Position numbers and translations under genes: made by a program
The notes under the pieces: model-generated
Seen by the model: only the letters and a program-made list of their open reading frames with translations
Database searches by the model: none
Told to the model about the DNA's origin: nothing
In this document: in pieces, positions 1 to 8,405 of the stretch
Layout: each line of letters begins with the position of its first letter
Numbering within the stretch: position 1 is the first letter of the stretch
Virus record (IMG/VR): IMGVR_UViG_3300047565_000218
Span: 1-51,745 of that record
Length of the DNA: 51,745 bases
Source of the DNA: a virus
Taxonomy: Duplodnaviria; Caudoviricetes
Strand: one strand, 5' to 3'

Positions 1-2
1 GT

Positions 3-551
3 GTATGTTATGGAGGTATTATAATTGCAAGAAGGTTATATCAATTTATAGATATTAATTCAGAATATACAAATAAAGAATTAGAAGATATCTGTCCTTG
101 TACAGCAGATGTTATAAGCAGAAAAATCTCGAAATTATTAACAAAAATTATTTTTGTTAATCAAGCGTCTCTGTATTTACCAAGAAAATTAATATCTTTC
201 TTTCCTACTTGGAATTACTGCATTGGAAAAATAAAAAAAGTAAGTATAGATGCTCAAGAAGTAGAATTATTTTTTCCTATTCCAGGTTTAGATATAAGTG
301 GCACAATAATTTTTATCAACCTTTCTAAAGAAGAATTTAATTTATTACGAACAATTAATAACCAAAAATATCATCTGATTTATTATCAGGTGCTGGATAC
401 ACCCTATCAATTTGATAAAGTAAGTAATGTAATCATTAGAGCAACAGCTCCTTCTAAAATTATCCCTATTAAAGAACTTGGTTTTAACATTAATGATCAA
501 GAACAACCTTACTTAATTAACAAGGATTCTATATACGAGGAGGAAGCATGA
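3..551 (+). CDS. 5'-truncated hypothetical protein (>=182 aa, VCYGGIIIARR...YEEEA)
   Basis: Frame 3 is open from the window edge to TGA 549-551, which overlaps the next ATG (ATGA); absent from ORF track. Confidence 0.7.
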   Translation, partial: VCYGGIIIARRLYQFIDINSEYTNKELEDICPCTADVISRKISKLLTKIIFVNQASLYLPRKLISFFPTWNYCIGKIKKVSIDAQEVELFFPIPGLDISGTIIFINLSKEEFNLLRTINNQKYHLIYYQVLDTPYQFDKVSNVIIRATAPSKIIPIKELGFNINDQEQPYLINKDSIYEEEA

Positions 552-694
552 CCCCTCTTTTCTCTTTCCTCCTGCAAAAAATCCAAGAATGGCTAGACAT
601 CAAAGCTGAACATAAACGCATTAAGGCAATAAAGGAAGCTCTGCGGGGTTATGCGGCAAGGCGTGGGATTAGTCAGAATAACCAAAACAACTAA
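548..694 (+). CDS. Small hypothetical protein, 48 aa (MTPLFSFLLQKIQEW...)
   Basis: GAGGAGG RBS, ATGA coupling, stop 5 nt before the next ATG. Confidence 0.6.
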   Translation: MTPLFSFLLQKIQEWLDIKAEHKRIKAIKEALRGYAARRGISQNNQNN

Positions 695-699
695 GGAAT

Positions 700-978
700 A
701 TGAACAAGGCACAAGACATCAAGGTAATAGCTTCAAGAATGAGGATGGTTTTAAGACAAACTGAAGGGATGCCCATGGAGGCAATGTTTTGGCAAGATTT
801 AAAGACTCTGCTTAACTTGATTTTAGAAGTAGGAGTCAATAGTGCAGACATTAAAACGATAGCCGAGAGGTTAAGAAGAATGCTTAAGGCGGGAGAGCAA
901 GTACTACTCCACGGAGTTTTCTGGGATGATCTAAATACATTGTTGAATTTAATTTTAGAAGAGGGGAAGGATGAGTAA
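700..978 (+). CDS. Hypothetical protein built from two ~44-aa repeats
   Basis: DIKxIA..R...FWxDLxTLLNLILE occurs twice; AAGGA RBS. Confidence 0.75.
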   Translation: MNKAQDIKVIASRMRMVLRQTEGMPMEAMFWQDLKTLLNLILEVGVNSADIKTIAERLRRMLKAGEQVLLHGVFWDDLNTLLNLILEEGKDE

Positions 979-2530
979 GGCTGTAATTAAGTCTATATCT
1001 ACTGTTGAGAAAAAAAATGCTCTTCCTACTCTTACTAGGAAGCACCAGTTATACAAGTTGATTGTAGATTCAAGAGGAAGAGCTGATACATTGGCTATCA
1101 ACTTATATTGGGATGAATTTAGATCATGGTACAACGATAAAAAGCAATACAAAAGTGGAAAAGTTGTGAGTTTTCCAAAATTGCACTCACAAGGTATTCA
1201 TGTTTGTTACAGATTTTTGGCAGATAGGTATGGAGTTGCAGAAGAAACTATTAGAAGAAAAATAGTTAAACTGGAAAAACTAGGACTACTTAGCAGGGAT
1301 TTTGAACAAAATATAAACTATGGTAAGGCTTTATTTAACCAACTTGTTATTTATATCTGGCAACAAACTGATTATTTTTATAATCCTATAGGGGTAGATA
1401 GAGCTAAAATAGGTGAGTTAAAACCATCAACAAATCATCAGTACATATCATCAAAATATAATACACCTCATATCCACACGAACGAGGATAGGGGGTATCC
1501 ACAAAATGTTGATACCTATGGTACTGACGAGTGGATAGGTATCCACTTGGAAGATGATACTAAAACACTAAGACCAGTACTAAAAGAAATACCCCCTAGC
1601 TACGCTAAGGGGGGTATTTCTGTGTCTAGTATTATAAAAACGGAGACTAATACGCCTGCGCGCGACCCTATCCAAAAAAATCAACAAGACCAGCACGCAA
1701 CTTTTGCTCCTTGCTCTCTTACGGAGCTGGAGCAAGTTGCTCTTAAGTCAGAAAATCAAAATAAACCAAGCCAGTCTGTCACAAATTGTGACGGGCTTCA
1801 ACCATCAAAGGAAATCCCAGAAATGAAACAAGACGATATCATGCAGGCTACCGATGAGCAGACAAGAAAAATGCTACTCTCTCAAGCTCTATGGAAGGCT
1901 TTAGGAACACAGCGATCAGGTGAAGTACAGGATAGCTGGATATTCCAAGAACTTGAGCCTGACAAAGTTGGTATTTACATGGGATCAATACGTTTTAGCG
2001 ACATGGAGAAGGAAAAAGTCCCTGAAGCTATTAAGTCGGTTTATGGCCAGAATGTTAAAATTATTGGAATAAAGATTGGTTCTAAAGGCAAGCAACAGGA
2101 GCCTCCTACTAACGAGAACGTAAAAGCTCCAATCTACCCTATAAGCAAAAACAAAAAGGCAACTTGGCTTGATTTTAAAGCCACGATAAGAATTACTAAC
2201 CTGATCAACATGCTAACCAACCCAGTACTAAAAATTATTGAAACACCAGGCAAGGTGATTATAGAAACCGTACCTTTCCTGATTGAGCGATTAACTGCTC
2301 CAGGACATTTTGACGAACTAGAGAGAGTAGTGTTTCAAACAGGTTTGACCTTGGAACTACATAACACCAATCCTCATCCCGAGTATAAGAATTTTCACAA
2401 AGACCCGATAGTTATAAGTCCTAGCAAGATACTGGAAGATCAGGAATTTAGACAAACCTGCGAGCCTCTAGTTTTAAGTGAAATACTTGAAGAAGCAAGA
2501 AAAAATAAGGAGGAACAAAATAATGAATAA
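971..2530 (+). CDS. Replication initiator-like protein (wHTH, possible DnaA_N-like C-terminal regions)
   Basis: YRFLADRYGVAEETIRRKIVKLEKLGLL helix-turn-helix; internal iteron-like repeats; early-module position. Confidence 0.65.
   Translation: MSKAVIKSISTVEKKNALPTLTRKHQLYKLIVDSRGRADTLAINLYWDEFRSWYNDKKQYKSGKVVSFPKLHSQGIHVCYRFLADRYGVAEETIRRKIVKLEKLGLLSRDFEQNINYGKALFNQLVIYIWQQTDYFYNPIGVDRAKIGELKPSTNHQYISSKYNTPHIHTNEDRGYPQNVDTYGTDEWIGIHLEDDTKTLRPVLKEIPPSYAKGGISVSSIIKTETNTPARDPIQKNQQDQHATFAPCSLTELEQVALKSENQNKPSQSVTNCDGLQPSKEIPEMKQDDIMQATDEQTRKMLLSQALWKALGTQRSGEVQDSWIFQELEPDKVGIYMGSIRFSDMEKEKVPEAIKSVYGQNVKIIGIKIGSKGKQQEPPTNENVKAPIYPISKNKKATWLDFKATIRITNLINMLTNPVLKIIETPGKVIIETVPFLIERLTAPGHFDELERVVFQTGLTLELHNTNPHPEYKNFHKDPIVISPSKILEDQEFRQTCEPLVLSEILEEARKNKEEQNNE
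1470..1620. repeat. Putative origin: TATCCAC/GTGGATA repeats plus hairpin
   Basis: TATCCAC at 1471, 1496, 1540; GTGGATA at 1531; GAGGATA at 1484; inverted repeat gaaataccccc/gggggtatttc 1586-1620. Confidence 0.55.
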
Positions 2531-3110
2531 ATGGAATAACTTTAACGATGCCGAAGATCAAATGTCTTACGAGCTAATACCGCATAAAACCATAGCAAAG
2601 GTCAGATTATTACTTAAAAAAGGTAACCATACTACAAAAGAGTGGCCAGATGGATGGGCTACTAAGAGTAAATCTGGAACTAGTATATATCTTGCCTGTG
2701 AGTTTGTAGTGCTAAGTGGCCAGTATGAGCATAGGAAAATTTGGAGCAAGATCGGTCTTCATAGCGATAATTCCCCGTTATATGCTAAAATCGGAAGGAG
2801 CATGATTAAAGCCATTCTTAACTCTGCTCGTGGTTTGCATTCAAAGGATAAATCACCGGAGGCAGAAAAGCAGAGACAGATTAAGAGCTTTGCCGATCTT
2901 GATAACCTTATATGTGTAGCTGAAATTACTATCAATGATAAAGGTGATAAGCCTTGCAATGAGATCAAGACCATAATTACGCCTGATCATGCTAGATATG
3001 GTGAGTTTATGGACGAGAGAAGCGGTAAATTTCCGATTAACTATAAACAGGCTAGTGATAAACAAACTGATAGTACCTTTGAAGAAGAAGATAAATTGCC
3101 GTGGGCGTGA
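2523..3110 (+). CDS. DUF669-like / SSB-like phage replication protein
   Basis: AGGAGG RBS before ATG 2523; OB-fold-like pattern (YLACEFVVLSGQYEHRKIW); acidic SSB-like tail EEEDKLPWA. Confidence 0.6.
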   Translation: MNKWNNFNDAEDQMSYELIPHKTIAKVRLLLKKGNHTTKEWPDGWATKSKSGTSIYLACEFVVLSGQYEHRKIWSKIGLHSDNSPLYAKIGRSMIKAILNSARGLHSKDKSPEAEKQRQIKSFADLDNLICVAEITINDKGDKPCNEIKTIITPDHARYGEFMDERSGKFPINYKQASDKQTDSTFEEEDKLPWA

Positions 3111-3147
3111 TGATTAATTGTAAAAAAAAGAAATGAATGTTTAGAAT

Positions 3148-4089
3148 ATGAACTTAATTATTAACGAAGAATTTGCACGGCTTATTCCTCCATTATCTAG
3201 TGATGAGTTACATAATCTAGAGCAGTGTTTACTTAATGAAGGTTGCCGCAATGCGCTGGTGGTATGGAATAATACCATAATAGACGGACACCATAGGTAC
3301 GCCATTTGCACTAAGCACGGCATAAGCTTCAATATAATAGAAAAGACAGAGCTAGAAACTGAACTGGACGTAAAGCTCTGGATGATCAATAACCAGTTTA
3401 GTAGAAGGAATTTACCTACTGAAACTAGGTTAGCACTAGCTTATAGATTTAAGGAACTGGAAGCCCAGAAGGCTAAGGAGAGGCAAGGTGCTAGGAATGA
3501 CTTAGTAGAAAGTGATACTAACATTGCCCAACTAGTTGGTAGAAGTAAAACTTTTGAGTATGAAAGCAGAGGAAGAGGTACTTTAGGAGAAATTGCTAAA
3601 AAAGCGGGTGTAAGTCACACTACCGCCGAGCAATATGATGCTATCCAGCGTAAAGGCACTGAAGAACAAAAAAACGAAGTTGCAGAAGGTAGATCAAGTA
3701 TTAAGAAAATTTATACCGAAATTAAAAAGGCAAATAGATTAGAAAAAGCTGTCGATAACGATGATATAAAATTACCAGATAGCGAGATAGTTATCATTCA
3801 ACAACATATAACTAGTATTTACAATGAGCTAGATAATTATGCCCTAAGTAAGGATATAGTTGCAATCCGCTATTGGCTTTTACATAGCCCACTTAGTCAG
3901 AATGATAATTTTTCCTTTACTGTATCTAGTGTAGATAAACAAAAGAAAGTAGTAATTCGAAATCTAACTCAGTTATCAGAGTCCGTAGATGATTTAGAAT
4001 TATTAGTAAATCAATGCAAACACTTAGCTTTAATAGAAACTAAAAAAGATAAAAATTTTCTAAATGAGTATAAGAAATATTATGGCTAA
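3148..4089 (+). CDS. ParB/Srx-like N-terminal domain protein
   Basis: IIDGHHRY and NQFSRRNL motifs, then an HTH (LGEIAKKAGVS). Confidence 0.75.
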   Translation: MNLIINEEFARLIPPLSSDELHNLEQCLLNEGCRNALVVWNNTIIDGHHRYAICTKHGISFNIIEKTELETELDVKLWMINNQFSRRNLPTETRLALAYRFKELEAQKAKERQGARNDLVESDTNIAQLVGRSKTFEYESRGRGTLGEIAKKAGVSHTTAEQYDAIQRKGTEEQKNEVAEGRSSIKKIYTEIKKANRLEKAVDNDDIKLPDSEIVIIQQHITSIYNELDNYALSKDIVAIRYWLLHSPLSQNDNFSFTVSSVDKQKKVVIRNLTQLSESVDDLELLVNQCKHLALIETKKDKNFLNEYKKYYG

Positions 4090-4136
4090 ATGGAGTAAAA
4101 AATTAATAACTGTAGTCCAAAATCCCTATAGAGAAT

Positions 4137-4706
4137 ATGAAGGAAAAATTAATAAAACAAGTTACTTCAGGTAGACCGACAAAATATGTTCAAGAACAAC
4201 ATATTGGGTTGTTGTTTGATATTTTTAACCAAAGCGAGGGGGTAATGGCCTTTTGTGCTGAAGCTATGATTAGTCAAACTACATTTTTTACTTGGTTAAA
4301 AAAATATAAGGAATTCAAGGAAGCTTATGACATTGTAATTAATATAGCAGGCAGGCAGTGGGAGAAGCTTCCACGAGAGAATCCTGATTTTAATTTTCCT
4401 TACTGGTCTACGATTATGAGGAATCGTTTTGGGTTCGGTAAGTCAAGGATTCATTTAGATAAAGAGGCTACACCTCTGGAAATGTTTAAGGTAATCAAGC
4501 AGGGTTTAACCGATCAAGAGATTAGCGTACAGGACGCCGTACAACTTACTACTATTGCCAAAAACGAGGCAGATGTAAAAAAAGGCGTGATAGAAGACAA
4601 AGCAGTATCAGAGCAGATGAGTATAGATGAGGCCAAGGCATTTGCAATAGAACTAGATCAAACTCTACAGAAATTGGATTTGTTAGAAAAAAATACGAAG
4701 AAATAA
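4137..4706 (+). CDS. Terminase small subunit-like protein
   Basis: GRPTKY followed by HTH (ISQTTFFTWLKKYKEFKEAY), typical of TerS. Confidence 0.6.
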   Translation: MKEKLIKQVTSGRPTKYVQEQHIGLLFDIFNQSEGVMAFCAEAMISQTTFFTWLKKYKEFKEAYDIVINIAGRQWEKLPRENPDFNFPYWSTIMRNRFGFGKSRIHLDKEATPLEMFKVIKQGLTDQEISVQDAVQLTTIAKNEADVKKGVIEDKAVSEQMSIDEAKAFAIELDQTLQKLDLLEKNTKK

Positions 4707-4719
4707 TTATGTCAAAAAT

Positions 4720-4860
4720 AAAATAACTATTTCTTTATATTAATATTACATAATATATATATTGTATTTAAAGTGTATATCTTTATTTAGTTATATAAAA
4801 ATAGCTTTACATATTAAAGTAATATGATATATATCTTTAACTAAAGTTATAAAGATATAT
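4720..4860. promoter_or_regulatory. Candidate par operator/centromere
   Basis: Very AT-rich with direct and inverted CTTTA/TAAAG units directly upstream of parA. Confidence 0.35.
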
Positions 4861-5484
4861 ATGAAAATAGTTTCCATACTAAATCAAAAAGGGGGAGTAG
4901 GTAAAACTACGCTTGCAACAAATATAGCAAGTAAACTTCACTTAAATGGTTCAAAAGTGTTGCTTGTTGATTCAGACCCTCAAGGCTCTGCTAGAGATTG
5001 GCATGCAGTAGGTAATAGTGAAATAGCTGTTATAGGAATGGACAGACCAACTCTTGAAAGGGACGTAAAGAAAATAGCTAATGATTTTGATTGGGTTATC
5101 ATTGACGGCGCACCTCAATTAACCAACATGGCGGTATCTGCTATAAAATGTTCTGATTTAATCATTATACCTGTACAACCGTCACCATACGATATATGGG
5201 CATCTGAAGAGCTGGTAGATGTAATAAAACATAGGCAACAAATTACTGATGGAAATCCAAAAGCTTATTTCTGTATTAGCAGAAGAATATCTACAACTTC
5301 TTTAAGTAACGAAGTAACCGAAGCTTTAAAAGGATATTCCATGCCGATAATGAAAAGTTATACATCCCAAAGAATTGCATATGCCAAATCAGCGGCAGAG
5401 GGGCAATCTGTTTTTGACACTACTAATAATGATGCGATATATGAGATTACAAATATAGTAAATGAGATAAAGGAAATAATATGA
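4861..5484 (+). CDS. parA: Type Ib ParA partition ATPase
   Basis: NQKGGVGKTT deviant Walker A, DSDPQGS, IIDG; short, no N-terminal HTH. Confidence 0.92.
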   Translation: MKIVSILNQKGGVGKTTLATNIASKLHLNGSKVLLVDSDPQGSARDWHAVGNSEIAVIGMDRPTLERDVKKIANDFDWVIIDGAPQLTNMAVSAIKCSDLIIIPVQPSPYDIWASEELVDVIKHRQQITDGNPKAYFCISRRISTTSLSNEVTEALKGYSMPIMKSYTSQRIAYAKSAAEGQSVFDTTNNDAIYEITNIVNEIKEII

Positions 5485-5702
5485 GTGCACTAAAAACCGG
5501 TCGTCCATCAGTAAATAAAGAGAAAGCACTTAAACAATTAGAAGAAAATAAAAATGCTAATCTGGTTGTTAAAATTAATAAGGGATTCCATAAGGAAATA
5601 AAGCGTTATGCACTAGAGAATGATATCACTCTTAGTGAACTGGTGCATAAGTCTTTAATGTTTTATATAAATAAACACAGTAATAAAGAAATACAGCAGT
5701 AA
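5481..5702 (+). CDS. ParG-like ribbon-helix-helix partition protein
   Basis: Coupled to parA; LVVKINKGFHKEIKRYAL..ITLSELV RHH pattern. Confidence 0.75.
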   Translation: MSALKTGRPSVNKEKALKQLEENKNANLVVKINKGFHKEIKRYALENDITLSELVHKSLMFYINKHSNKEIQQ

Positions 5703-5737
5703 AGATATAATGTAGGTATTAAAAGAGGTTACAAGCT

Positions 5738-5941
5738 ATGCTCTTGAATTTAATAATTACAATAATTGTTGGTTGTATAATATTTATATTATGGGTATTA
5801 AAAGGAGTTTATACTTGCATAAGTACTATGGATCAATTAATAAAAAAACTTGCAAAAGTAACTGATCTTTTACACGATAGACTTTTAGATGTAGAAAAGG
5901 TAATAGTTGATCGAGAAAAAGTAAAAAAGAACAACGACTAG
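5738..5941 (+). CDS. Small membrane protein with coiled coil
   Basis: N-terminal hydrophobic helix; GAGGT RBS. Confidence 0.6.
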   Translation: MLLNLIITIIVGCIIFILWVLKGVYTCISTMDQLIKKLAKVTDLLHDRLLDVEKVIVDREKVKKNND

Positions 5942-5943
5942 CA

Positions 5944-6282
5944 ATGAGTAAGGAATATAATTCAAAATCTACAATTAATAAATATACACCAGAAGAGATA
6001 CAAGAATTTCTAAATAGCGGTGAATCCAAGTCATCAATTATTGAAAGACTTGGGTGGTATATGGAAGCGCTTAACAAATATATAAAAGAGCATAACTTAA
6101 CTTATAATCCTTCTAAAAGGAGAGGATACACTAAAAAACAAGTAAAAAAGCATAAGGAGAAAGAAATAAGGACTTTAGATTACAATAAAACAGAAGCCCC
6201 ACTTAAGAAGTTTTACGAAATGCTGGCTAGGAAGAAAGAGAAAAGAACTTTGCGTGAACTTAAGAACCCTTATGATTGGTAA
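5944..6282 (+). CDS. Basic hypothetical protein, possible HTH regulator
   Basis: ORF in operon; SKSSIIERLGWYMEALNKYI is HTH-like. Confidence 0.55.
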   Translation: MSKEYNSKSTINKYTPEEIQEFLNSGESKSSIIERLGWYMEALNKYIKEHNLTYNPSKRRGYTKKQVKKHKEKEIRTLDYNKTEAPLKKFYEMLARKKEKRTLRELKNPYDW

Positions 6283-6354
6283 AGTTTAATATTGACAACT
6301 AATATGTGATAAAGTATATATTATTTGCTATTTGTAACATTAAAACTAGAAAAG

Positions 6355-6382
6355 AGACAGATTAACTCCCTGTCTTTTTTTT
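6355..6382 (+). terminator. Intrinsic terminator
   Basis: AGACAG-9nt-CTGTCT followed by a T run. Confidence 0.55.
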
Positions 6383-6526
6383 ATGCTTAAAGTACAAGAA
6401 AAACGGCCGTTTTCTGGACACGTTAAAAACTTCCTCTTTATAAGCCTAAAAGCATCCGATAACCCATTCCAATTATCTATGCTAGTTTTACCCTTATGTT
6501 TTATCTTTTCTTGTAGTATAAATTAG

Positions 6527-6555
6527 TTGACTAACATAAGTAATTACTTTATAAT
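6527..6555 (+). promoter_or_regulatory. Sigma70 promoter and operator of mazEF
   Basis: TTGACT-17-TATAAT with palindrome AAGTAATTACTT in the spacer. Confidence 0.75.
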
Positions 6556-6585
6556 AACTTTTATCAAGTAATTAAAAAAATAATA

Positions 6586-6825
6586 ATGCACTTAATAAAT
6601 ATAGGAAATTCCAAAGGAATTAGATTATCAAAAAATATTATAAACAAATATCATTTTGAAGATGGTTTAGATTTAATAGAAAATGAAGAAGGGATACAGC
6701 TTATTCCTCTTAAAAAGAAGTTACGTAAAGGTTGGAATGAGTTTTTTTCAAAATATCATGATCAAGTTGACGTTGACTTAGAATTTCTTGAATTTGATAT
6801 TGAGCGTTGGTGTGAAGATATTTAA
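6586..6825 (+). CDS. mazE: AbrB/MazE-family antitoxin
   Basis: IGNSKGIRL AbrB motif, directly upstream of toxin. Confidence 0.85.
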   Translation: MHLINIGNSKGIRLSKNIINKYHFEDGLDLIENEEGIQLIPLKKKLRKGWNEFFSKYHDQVDVDLEFLEFDIERWCEDI

Positions 6826-7138
6826 GCAGTTTGATGTTTGGTTGGTAACTTTAAATCCTACTGTTGGTAGCGAAATGAGTAAAACTAGACCATGTGTAAT
6901 AATCTCTCCTAATGAAATGCACTGGTTAAATACTGTAATAATTGCTCCATTAACAACTAAAGGGGTAAAAGCTCCTACAAGAGTGTCGTTTATTTTAAAA
7001 GGAGTAGAAAATTCGGTTGCATTAGATCAGATCAGAACTGTAGATAAAACAAGGATGATAAAGAAACTTGATACTATTCATTCTTCTACACAGAAAAATA
7101 TATCTAACGTTTTAATAGAAATGTTTTCGTTAGAGTAA
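6812..7138 (+). CDS. mazF: MazF/PemK endoribonuclease toxin
   Basis: LNPTVGSEMSKTRPCVIIS, IIAPLTT, LDQIRTVDK; likely GTG start at 6812. Confidence 0.92.
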   Translation: MKIFKQFDVWLVTLNPTVGSEMSKTRPCVIISPNEMHWLNTVIIAPLTTKGVKAPTRVSFILKGVENSVALDQIRTVDKTRMIKKLDTIHSSTQKNISNVLIEMFSLE

Positions 7139-7162
7139 AATTCTATAAATAGAAAAGAAAAA

Positions 7163-7354
7163 ATGAGCGAAAGATTAAAACCTAATAATTTACTACCATT
7201 TCTTGATAAAGAACAAAAGGAGGCGATTAAAAAAATAGAACAATATTTAGGTTATCCAATTAAAAAGCCTTTTAATGCTGTTAAGTCTTTTGATAACGAA
7301 ATTGCTGATTTATTATATAGGATAGTTAAAACGTCAGAAGACAGAAATGACTAA
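7163..7354 (+). CDS. Hypothetical protein
   Basis: ORF track only. Confidence 0.5.
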   Translation: MSERLKPNNLLPFLDKEQKEAIKKIEQYLGYPIKKPFNAVKSFDNEIADLLYRIVKTSEDRND

Positions 7355-7389
7355 AAAATACTGAACTAAGTTATTTAAGAGGTAACAAA

Positions 7390-7536
7390 ATGAACAACAC
7401 AAAAGTAAAAGAATCAGAAAATGAAATAGTAGATTTTATTATGGATAATTGGAACAGTAATGAAACGGAAACAAAAATAAATTACCTTAGGTTGATATTA
7501 AAAAAATATAATGAGGAAAGAAATGAACGTAATTGA
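7390..7536 (+). CDS. Small hypothetical protein, 48 aa (MNNTKVKESENE...)
   Basis: GAGGT RBS; overlaps the next start. Confidence 0.5.
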   Translation: MNNTKVKESENEIVDFIMDNWNSNETETKINYLRLILKKYNEERNERN

Positions 7537-7903
7537 AGCATTTAAACTATTACAGGATGGCAAGAAGATTTATCACGAAATTACGCCTTATGTAATATAT
7601 CAATTAATAGATCAGGAATTAAAAATGTATCGTCAATATGATGAATATAACCACTTTGTATTACTTGATATTGATATGAATATTATTACGATAGATTGTA
7701 AAAGAATGATGGAGGGTTGGAATCAAAGAATAGAGCCTGTACCTATAACTTTTAATGTAGCTAAAATATTTTATAAAAACGGTAAAACAATAAAAAGAAT
7801 AGGAAAAGGTTTAATTTATAATAACACTGATTTAGTTCAGATACCTTTAAGTATGGAAGATATAGAAGCTAATGATTGGGAAATAGTAGAGGTAATAAAA
7901 TGA
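7523..7903 (+). CDS. DUF2829/Tad2-like protein with two repeats
   Basis: MNVIEAFKLLQDGKKI, ITFNVAKIFYKNGKTIKR and terminal SMEDIEANDWEIV. Confidence 0.55.
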   Translation: MNVIEAFKLLQDGKKIYHEITPYVIYQLIDQELKMYRQYDEYNHFVLLDIDMNIITIDCKRMMEGWNQRIEPVPITFNVAKIFYKNGKTIKRIGKGLIYNNTDLVQIPLSMEDIEANDWEIVEVIK

Positions 7904-8094
7904 GAAAGTTTACAAAGCAACAAGTAGAGTTTATTTGCTACGAAATAGGCGAGTGGTATCTAGAATGGAAAAATCAGTTAATTGATTATGATAATAAGCA
8001 ACATAGGCTAGGATATGCCAAAGAATTATTAAAAGAAAAAATTTGCGGTAAAGAGTATGAGGATTTAGAGGATGAATATGATAAAAATTGTTAA
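7900..8094 (+). CDS. Hypothetical protein
   Basis: GAGGT RBS, ATGA coupling. Confidence 0.6.
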   Translation: MRKFTKQQVEFICYEIGEWYLEWKNQLIDYDNKQHRLGYAKELLKEKICGKEYEDLEDEYDKNC

Positions 8095-8405
8095 AGATGT
8101 GTAGTGATTATGAGTAGTAAATTTTTAATTAATTTGCTTTTTTATTCTTAACTTTTAACGTGATAAATTAGCAATACTTTCCATAATCAATGTTATGTAT
8201 ACAAAATTCGACGCTTTTTTCCTAAACTGTTTTTTTAATTTTTTAAAATTGGAAAACTAAACTTTTAGAAAAAAAAACGAACCCTATAAATAAAAAAGGA
8301 AATATCTAAAAAAATAAGGTTCGCTTTAATAGATGATAACTATAAAAATCATAGTTATATACATATCAAATTTTTTGTGGGGACGTCAAGACCTATTTTA
8401 GTTTA

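Noticed and set aside
1600-1616. YAKGG in Rep as another GG motif
   Set aside because: Encoded by the G-rich arm of the origin hairpin, so probably a DNA-level constraint
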